The notes beneath the pieces were generated by a model. That model was given only the letters and a program-made list of their open reading frames with translations, did not search any database and was not told where the DNA came from. From assembly GCA_048938105.1 (NCBI GenBank), contig JBHLMN010000003.1, positions 329,994 through 393,993 of the forward strand: a DNA stretch of 64,000 nt. Direction: 5' to 3'. Origin of the DNA: Promethearchaeota archaeon. GTDB taxonomy: Archaea; Asgardarchaeota; Heimdallarchaeia; Hodarchaeales; Hodarchaeaceae. Position 1 is the stretch's first letter. Every line of letters begins with the position of its first letter. Below are positions 58,701 to 64,000 of the stretch, one piece after another. The position numbers and the translations under genes are program-made.

Positions 58701-59284
58701 GATAAATCACTCATTACCCCTCCAATAGTAAATTGTTTTGGTATTAATCCTAGCTCTGGAGGTGTAATGAATGTGTCACCAACATTAAATCCAGAATATT
58801 CTAATAGCCTTTGAGACACAATCACGGTATCTCTAGAGACTTCTCTTTTCCCCTTAGTTATATTTAAGAAATTAAAATCAGGATGAGTTTTTGAGTCAAT
58901 ACCATACACTAAGGTATTAGATCCAGGTAATTCTTCACTTAATATTTGAGTACTATATAGGGCATATACAGGACTGGCCCTTGATACTCCTGATATAGAT
59001 TGAATATCCTTCGCTAGAGACCTAAGAGTGGATAAGTTGGCCCATTTTGTGGGAATGACAGATATATCAGTAAGATTCTGATTTCTGTTGTCAAGGATGA
59101 AATCATCGTAAAGAGTATCAACAGAAATAACAATTCCTGTTTCCAATGCTATCGTCAGTAGAATTCCAAGTATTATCAATGTACTTCTATATTTTGAACA
59201 AATTACGTTCTTTTTTGCTAGATTAAAAGGTATCCAGACTTGTTGGATACCATTACGAAAGAATTTCCCAACTACACTCTTCAT
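55766..59284 (-). CDS. FtsX/MacB-like ABC permease (duplicated) with extra C-terminal TM domain
   Basis: Two modules with RSREFGILRAVG and EREIGIMRSLG motifs, large extracytoplasmic loops, ~6 additional C-terminal TMs. Confidence 0.85.
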   Translation of the reverse strand: MKSVVGKFFRNGIQQVWIPFNLAKKNVICSKYRSTLIILGILLTIALETGIVISVDTLYDDFILDNRNQNLTDISVIPTKWANLSTLRSLAKDIQSISGVSRASPVYALYSTQILSEELPGSNTLVYGIDSKTHPDFNFLNITKGKREVSRDTVIVSQRLLEYSGFNVGDTFITPPELGLIPKQFTIGGVMSDLSFFGNNAGCYFILVDIENLLEVIPDSQQASLLNAKIDISCKDLLNIKKTGENIKDELGMDFLVFKKDISEIKAIGIHTYQNAMNLVIIVSFIVEFLFITNILAISIRDRSREFGILRAVGQDSTQLLCSIAIEILIYSTIGTIFGMFIGTWFAYLLVGLMQNFYPTLNFQALSLQSSSLIATFASGIIVALISGFYPLFLALSMPVVQNIHSHMRSGRSSVNIFSYWKYTISVGVLLAITGFLLQMHVGPSRFLEFEILSMHFIVIMLIFIGTLLIEVGILVFLPKVAFKLLFLIGTITRTISMRNIAREFQKSLFTIMTLALALAFIIVVGLVSAGLIKGVPIYFQEQWESIDLVAESWDNQLPSITLINQFDQDQNITHSSFIQEARTKIEKTDSYVFGVDPEKYAYFAEEVLDSIIEYPSYHWLNQSVSSHINNDTYALVSDLLLQKLLVPLGSNVRMKIANNNTVNVTISAVIKSNIFLGDGEYLYISTNRFQEFFNSTLAKWFVFEIEGDVHKVRNAIVEIFPHFKELIEVTFYTQAIERSLIFQSAIFQVLFIESFILAGFAQFICILVSTYRMEREIGIMRSLGLHKRGVFGVFMIESITLGLTSIFIGVLDGLLCTFLLARYISSSIPIGVEFQLHQVVLWLFLSFLITLGSPLLPAYRSSGKNVVNIISRRPMKKELDSISVTLWEFVRDRSHQLKVVFLSLMVILTFNYVVDEFLLMWGLIPFDLILYFLVALLEKGNFNGDYANPLVLINPFFYIVSLTMIGPISYYLIHKSLPRNLIKKVLLSGFWGIVGNTICFILFIIQILFTWIFLIPLLEQFNIDSTFNVCLYILIISVEIILFQQVWGFLILRGLNTHHSLKQDIFWRRENGLKGQGVFFGLILMHSIIQIILFTLSSVSVNILENRLSYNYLFLPFIQPELFQVHPVVFLILGSFEVGFFLLLIIYQICTNTESFQRNKSFTINTLKPVF

Positions 59285-59516
59285 TGAAGAGAACTCACCC
59301 TCAGTATTATCGTAATTTAACGAATAAATGTATTTCTATACCCTATAAGCCGAAAATTAACATTAAAATTGTAAAGCAAAGTTAGTAAACAAAAAAATGA
59401 GAGAACTGATATATTTTTTTTCATAAACATAAGTAATACTTGGTAGTTCGAATACAGCAGTTTTCATTTGATTTTTGTCTTTTAAACTCAACATAATAAT
59501 CATGAATGAAAGCACA

Positions 59517-62246
59517 TTAATCCACTTCTACAACAATATGGTGAATAGAATCATCTTCTAGCTCTTCCAAATGTTTTCTTAGAATGAGAACATGGTTCTT
59601 AGTTCTTAAGAAATCAACTTTCTTTTGATTTAGAATCACATTCTTGATTGAGTAATCGCCAAAATCTTTTCGATTTACATTCCTAATCGTGATTTGGATT
59701 TTCTTCGCTGCAAACTGTGTATTGATATAGGTGGTTCCATTGTCTCTAAATTGAGAAGACAACAACATAGGGTCTAGTAGGAGGTCACCTAATTCTCCTC
59801 GTATTCCGAACACTCTAGTCACTAGAGTGAGAATTAACCAACTAGCTGAGCCAGTGAGATAGTGATACATCCCTCTTCCTTTTGGATTGATATATTCAGG
59901 GATCCCTGGATAGATTTTTGACTTGGGAAAATTAATACAATGATGAAATATTGTATCTAAGACTTGAAATCCTTCATGAGCCATTCTTCTTTTGTAGAAT
60001 GCATTAGCATACATAACAGCCATATGGGAGAACATGGCTCCATTTTCTTTATGTCCATATGCAAAACCAAAGCATCGACCCATTTTTGGTAATATTTCAT
60101 GGAAATTGGTATTCAACCTTACCCCTCCAACATTTTCATCCCAAAGATAATTTTTCACTGAAGAGATTACTTCTTTCACTTGCTCATCAGTTGCTATTCC
60201 ACCCATCAAAGGAAAAACTTGACCTGTAAGGGTCATTCTTACCCCCCTAGGGTGATCTCCCTCTAGTCTCTTTCCATCATCATCATAATATCCGTTAAAC
60301 CAACTATAACCCTCTCTATTTTTGATCCATTCATCTGTGCGAATATGGTTAGCAATCCAGTTTCCTTTCCTTTCTAAATCTGAAATCACGTCATCAATAT
60401 TGATTTTCTCCTTGTTCCCTGACACTGAATGAGAGCAGCTTTTGTAGAATCGATCAAGGATTTCTCGCTTTTGTTGAGGAGAAGAATAATCTATTGATGT
60501 ATTTAATGTATCTAAAAGGGTCTTTAGTTCGATAGCAAGCTCAACAACTTCTATTCCTCTTTTAACCTTAAGAGCTTTCAAAAGATGAGTTAATTCTATG
60601 AAATTACTTCCATAAAAAGCAGTAAAAGCAACTGTTTCGCCTTTTTCTCTTGCCATGTCAAGGCCATCATTCCAATCGGCACCTTCTAGTAGAACATTAT
60701 TGTGCTTACCGACATTGAAAAAAGATGAAAGATGTTGTATTAATATATGTTCAAGTATTGATCCCTTATATGTTGACTCGTTTTCAGTGAAAAGTTTTGT
60801 TCCTTGTTTTGGATTCCATTTCTGATCATGAGCCCTACAACGGTTTATATGTCTGTCTTTAAAATAGACTTGACCTTCTAAAAGGAATTCTAAATCTCCG
60901 CTTTGATCAATGTATAATTTTGTTGTCATAAATGGCCAAGTTCCATGATCACTCCAAGTTCGGGGAATATCATTCCTATCAGCTTTAAATTCACCAAGTT
61001 CAGTTCCGACAATTGTTGCATTACTCCCATCAAATCTAATTCCTGCAAAATTGTTCAAGAGAATATTTCGTACAGTTTTGGGTTCCATTAACAATAAGGC
61101 AAGGCAATCTTGCCAGAGGTCTCTCCAACCACGGCCTCCACGTCCATAATCATGATGGGGGAGAAACGAACACCCAAAAATTCTTCTAAGAATTGGTTGT
61201 AATGTTACCCACTTCAACCATCTGTCAAATATAATGTCAGTTGTCTTAAAACGAAGGCTAAGCTTTTCTTTCCAGTGGTTTTTAGTTTCATTCAAGGTTT
61301 TCCTAAATTTATTTTTAGAAAGGAAGACTAAATCCCTTGTAAAATCTTCATCTGTAGTGATACTAAGAACAATTTTGTATGATACTGTGGTTCCCTTTGA
61401 AAGAGAAATTGTATTGAACCTAAGCGCTCCAATCGCTTCATATCCCTCAAGATATTGATCAGAAGTTAAATAATTTTGTGAATTACATACAATTGCCTTT
61501 GGCCAATCTAATGTTCCGCCTTCTCCGATAAAATCCTCAAGAAGAGGAAAAAATCCTAATGGAGAGCAATCTTCATTATCAACTCCAAAAATCCCATAAG
61601 AAACTTCATTTTTCTTATGACCACGTTCATCAAAAGTAAATGTTGGTTTGACAGTAATTCCAAATTCACTCGTATAGATTCTATGTAATAAACTTGTTAC
61701 ATGTCTATGATCGCGTAAATTATCAGCAGATCGGCAAAATAATGGAATTCCAGAGGTTGGAGTAATTATGAGTTCTTCTGTTCCAATATTTGTTATTTTT
61801 ATTTCCATTAACTCTACTGTTCTGCTTTCTGACGGAATAAAATTCAAAATTTCAGCTTGAATTCCATATTTATGGTTTTTCCTGATAATTTTGTGCCACA
61901 GAAAACCAGCTTCTAGCGTTACTGTTTCATCATCATTAATGAATTTTAGATTTCGTTGGTAAGATGAATTTCCTGAAACTGACCAAACTCCCTTATTTTC
62001 AATAAAAAGCCAGAAATTACGATTATTTTTAACATTATGTAAATCCTCAATCGAAACTGGAGCAAGAAGATAGTTATTGTGCCCAATTTTGATGTCACCG
62101 TGTAATTCAGGTGTAATTGAAGACATCATTCCCGATTCATTTACTAATGGAAAATAGAGGTGATTTATTCTGTCAGGGAAATCTAACTGGAAATCTCCAT
62201 CTTCATTGATAAAATTCCACTCCGTAATGCCATATCTCTTCTTCAT
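59517..62246 (-). CDS. GH94 laminaribiose phosphorylase
   Basis: LYFPLVNESGMMSSITPELHG, SADNLRDHRHVTSLLHRI, DFIGEGGTLDWP, FGCSFLPHHDYGRGGRGWRDLWQD, EGADWND, FGFAYGHKENGAMFSHM; 909 aa, closely resembling Paenibacillus laminaribiose phosphorylase as recalled. Confidence 0.85.
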   Translation of the reverse strand: MKKRYGITEWNFINEDGDFQLDFPDRINHLYFPLVNESGMMSSITPELHGDIKIGHNNYLLAPVSIEDLHNVKNNRNFWLFIENKGVWSVSGNSSYQRNLKFINDDETVTLEAGFLWHKIIRKNHKYGIQAEILNFIPSESRTVELMEIKITNIGTEELIITPTSGIPLFCRSADNLRDHRHVTSLLHRIYTSEFGITVKPTFTFDERGHKKNEVSYGIFGVDNEDCSPLGFFPLLEDFIGEGGTLDWPKAIVCNSQNYLTSDQYLEGYEAIGALRFNTISLSKGTTVSYKIVLSITTDEDFTRDLVFLSKNKFRKTLNETKNHWKEKLSLRFKTTDIIFDRWLKWVTLQPILRRIFGCSFLPHHDYGRGGRGWRDLWQDCLALLLMEPKTVRNILLNNFAGIRFDGSNATIVGTELGEFKADRNDIPRTWSDHGTWPFMTTKLYIDQSGDLEFLLEGQVYFKDRHINRCRAHDQKWNPKQGTKLFTENESTYKGSILEHILIQHLSSFFNVGKHNNVLLEGADWNDGLDMAREKGETVAFTAFYGSNFIELTHLLKALKVKRGIEVVELAIELKTLLDTLNTSIDYSSPQQKREILDRFYKSCSHSVSGNKEKINIDDVISDLERKGNWIANHIRTDEWIKNREGYSWFNGYYDDDGKRLEGDHPRGVRMTLTGQVFPLMGGIATDEQVKEVISSVKNYLWDENVGGVRLNTNFHEILPKMGRCFGFAYGHKENGAMFSHMAVMYANAFYKRRMAHEGFQVLDTIFHHCINFPKSKIYPGIPEYINPKGRGMYHYLTGSASWLILTLVTRVFGIRGELGDLLLDPMLLSSQFRDNGTTYINTQFAAKKIQITIRNVNRKDFGDYSIKNVILNQKKVDFLRTKNHVLILRKHLEELEDDSIHHIVVEVD

Positions 62247-62278
62247 ATTCCATCACAGATCATTTTCAGTCTGTTTTA

Positions 62279-62432
62279 TCATTTCATCTTTCTTTTAACC
62301 GTTCCTTGATACCTATGCTTTTATTGCTTACAATAAAAGCAGATCATTCCTGATTCATAAAGTCGGGCCCAGAAGCACTAGGTCTTACCGATTCTCCACA
62401 AGCGTTTAAAGTCTCCGAGGAACTCACGGCGA
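62279..62432 (-). ncRNA. putative IS607-TnpB omegaRNA overlapping the tnpB 3' end, plus guide
   Basis: Minus strand GCCGTGAGTTCCTCGGAGACTTTAAACGCTTGTGGAG...; perfect 11-bp hairpin TGCTTTTATTG-taag-CAATAAAAGCA; terminal GGAACGG. Loop GTTCC can pair with terminal GGAAC. Confidence 0.6.
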
Positions 62433-63594
62433 CTAAATGATCAGAGGGATTGAATAACGTCTGAATAATGGGACCATACCAATGATAGTAATTGACCAAA
62501 TTACGAGCAGCATTCAAATCACGATCAATTCTAAGGCCACATAATGGGCACACGTATGTTCTATCTTTAAGCTTCAAACCAGTGTGATAGCATAAACAAT
62601 TGGAACAAAGCTTAGACGAGGGAAAGAAACGATTAACAATGACAAGTTGTGAACCATACCAGGAGGTTTTATACTGAAGTAGGCGCTGAAACTCGCCATG
62701 AGCCAAATCCTGCCAATATTTGGATTGCTTTTTATTCATCGATAGACCTTTTACATGCAAATCCTCTACTATTAACACGCTGTGGTTTTTAGCTAGTGTT
62801 AATGAAATTTTATGTAAAAAATCGTGTCGAGAATCGGTAATCCGTTTGTAAAACCGAGCTAATTTAAGGGCTGATTTTTGACGGTTCTTCGAGCCATATT
62901 TTTTTCGTGAATGAGCTTTTGATAGCCGCCGAAGCTTTTTTAACCGACGCAAAAGGAATTTGGGGGTAGGAAGTGGCATCCCATTGGAGAGGACCCCAAA
63001 CCGCGATAGACCCGCATCTAGGCCTAAGATTTCTCCTTGAATTGGGTGCGGATCAGGCCGAGTCTCTTCTACCGTAGCTGAGACATACCACCTATCAGCG
63101 GTACGAGAAACAGTCACATTCAAAATCCGCCCATTAACAGGAATGGCTGGCCTTTCCTCTAGTCGCAATTTGCCTAATCGAGGTAAACGGATTAGTTTCA
63201 GCTTTGGATAGAACCGAATTACCCCAGTCAACCGAAAGCTGTCTTTACTTTTGTTTTTTTTCTTGAATTGAGGAAAACCAACTTTTCTTCCTTTTTTCCG
63301 CCCATTGACAAAATTTTTAAACGCCTGGTCCAGATCACGTAATGCCTCTTGGGGAATGCATTTACTATAGTTGTACATCCAGCTAAAAGTCGTCTTTTTC
63401 AAACGGTTGATCTCTTTATGTTGTTTCATGGCATCAGTAAACCGTTCACTACCAGTGTTGTGTTTATATTGTGCCAACCGTTGAGCTAAACCCCAATTCC
63501 AGCTAAAACGAGACGTACCAGCACATTGATTGAGTAAAGTGCGTTCTTTATTGTTAACTCGTAGCGCGTATTTGTACCCTCGTTTTATTAGCAT
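62344..63594 (-). CDS. tnpB: TnpB RNA-guided endonuclease
   Basis: N-terminal helix region (GTSRFSWNWGL), AFKNF..FPQFKKK, RuvC-I GLDAG, RuvC-II VEDL, zinc finger CSNC/CPLC, RuvC-III DRDLNAARN; true start ATG 63594. Confidence 0.93.
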   Translation of the reverse strand: MLIKRGYKYALRVNNKERTLLNQCAGTSRFSWNWGLAQRLAQYKHNTGSERFTDAMKQHKEINRLKKTTFSWMYNYSKCIPQEALRDLDQAFKNFVNGRKKGRKVGFPQFKKKNKSKDSFRLTGVIRFYPKLKLIRLPRLGKLRLEERPAIPVNGRILNVTVSRTADRWYVSATVEETRPDPHPIQGEILGLDAGLSRFGVLSNGMPLPTPKFLLRRLKKLRRLSKAHSRKKYGSKNRQKSALKLARFYKRITDSRHDFLHKISLTLAKNHSVLIVEDLHVKGLSMNKKQSKYWQDLAHGEFQRLLQYKTSWYGSQLVIVNRFFPSSKLCSNCLCYHTGLKLKDRTYVCPLCGLRIDRDLNAARNLVNYYHWYGPIIQTLFNPSDHLVAVSSSETLNACGESVRPSASGPDFMNQE

Positions 63595-64000
63595 TTCTCT
63601 ACCGCCTTCATTGCTCGTCTCGCACGGAGGCGTGCAGATCGTCGGCCATACAACTGGCCACAAAAAGAAGTCAAAACATCCCACATGTCTTGTACCAGGT
63701 CATCTGTACATTCCTCTTCAATCAATATGAGAATTTTTCACCCAGTAGCCCGTAACGCGGTTTCAAGATAATCATAACCGAAGCATGTCAACCTATCTGT
63801 GTGTTCTGAAATGATGAGTGCCAGTTGCGGATTTTGTAATACTTTCAGTAGGTATTTTTCGCTTACCATTCAATGCTGACCCTATTTCTTTGATTTCTTT
63901 AAGTACAGGATAGTTATTAGCTACTGCAAAGTCTCTCAGCCTGTTCAGCTGTCTGTCCAAATCTTCTTTTTGATCCCTTGACGATACTCGTGCATATAAC
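63588..64000 (-). pseudogene. tnpA: IS607 TnpA serine recombinase, inactivated
   Basis: LYARVSSRDQKEDLDRQ...EIGSALNGKRK, then a frameshift in the A5 run (63855-59); continues YLLKVL...EHTDRLTCFG with an in-frame TGA at 63738-40, then DDLVQDM..VLTSFCGQLYGRRSAR. Confidence 0.85.

Larger units (their letters stand above)
62299..64000 (-). mobile_element. IS607-family element (tnpA serine recombinase + tnpB), left part outside window
   Basis: tnpA remnant overlapping the tnpB start (ATGCTAA); right end finishing in AACGG at 62299; less AT-rich than flanks. Confidence 0.85.

Noticed and set aside
1603-61458. Many 60-130 aa ORFs antisense or out of frame within long genes (e.g. 1603-1983, 24150-24542, 37367-37699, 51541-51828)
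   Set aside because: Shadow ORFs overlapping well-supported genes, with no motifs
63595-63684. N-terminal 30-aa extension of TnpB in the ORF track
   Set aside because: It is an alternate frame of the tnpA 3' end; the ATG at 63594 overlapping the tnpA stop is the typical start
1-64000. rRNA, tRNA, CRISPR arrays, prophage or defence operons
   Set aside because: No cloverleafs, repeat-spacer arrays, cas or viral hallmark genes recognised

Overview
AT-rich, gene-dense prokaryotic window that reads as archaeal. It has GGTGA/GGAG ribosome-binding motifs, BRE/TATA-like promoters, oligo-T terminators and several PGF-type C-terminal sorting tails. The surface-protein and regulator repertoire suggests an Asgard archaeon (Heimdall/Hodarchaeales-like); this is inference, as no marker gene is present. 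The left ~27 kb is a large beta-glycan utilisation cluster: NagB-like fragment, GH2 exo-glucosaminidase, GH116, two GH94 phosphorylases, GH3, a Dpp/Opp-type oligosaccharide ABC importer, GH17, GH16 and GH5. Outliers further right are a GH5 mannanase, a cellobiose 2-epimerase and a laminaribiose phosphorylase. The middle is a patchwork of small-molecule modification enzymes and one-component regulators. Main surprises: (1) the ABC solute-binding protein appears to be a circular permutant of Thermotoga-type cello-oligosaccharide-binding proteins, with a Thr/Lys stalk and PGF anchor on the new C-terminus; (2) a ~420-bp protein-less IS200/IS605-type element (49504-49920) keeps a TnpB omegaRNA-like scaffold with its pseudoknot; (3) an IS607 element has a doubly inactivated tnpA but an intact tnpB and omegaRNA, and ends just upstream of the laminaribiose phosphorylase; (4) unusual regulator architectures (wHTH plus apparently dead papain-like domain, twice; RHH-PAS-histidine kinase) and a membrane protein-SDR fusion. 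No rRNA, tRNA or CRISPR array was seen. All family calls come from motif recognition by eye, not database searches.
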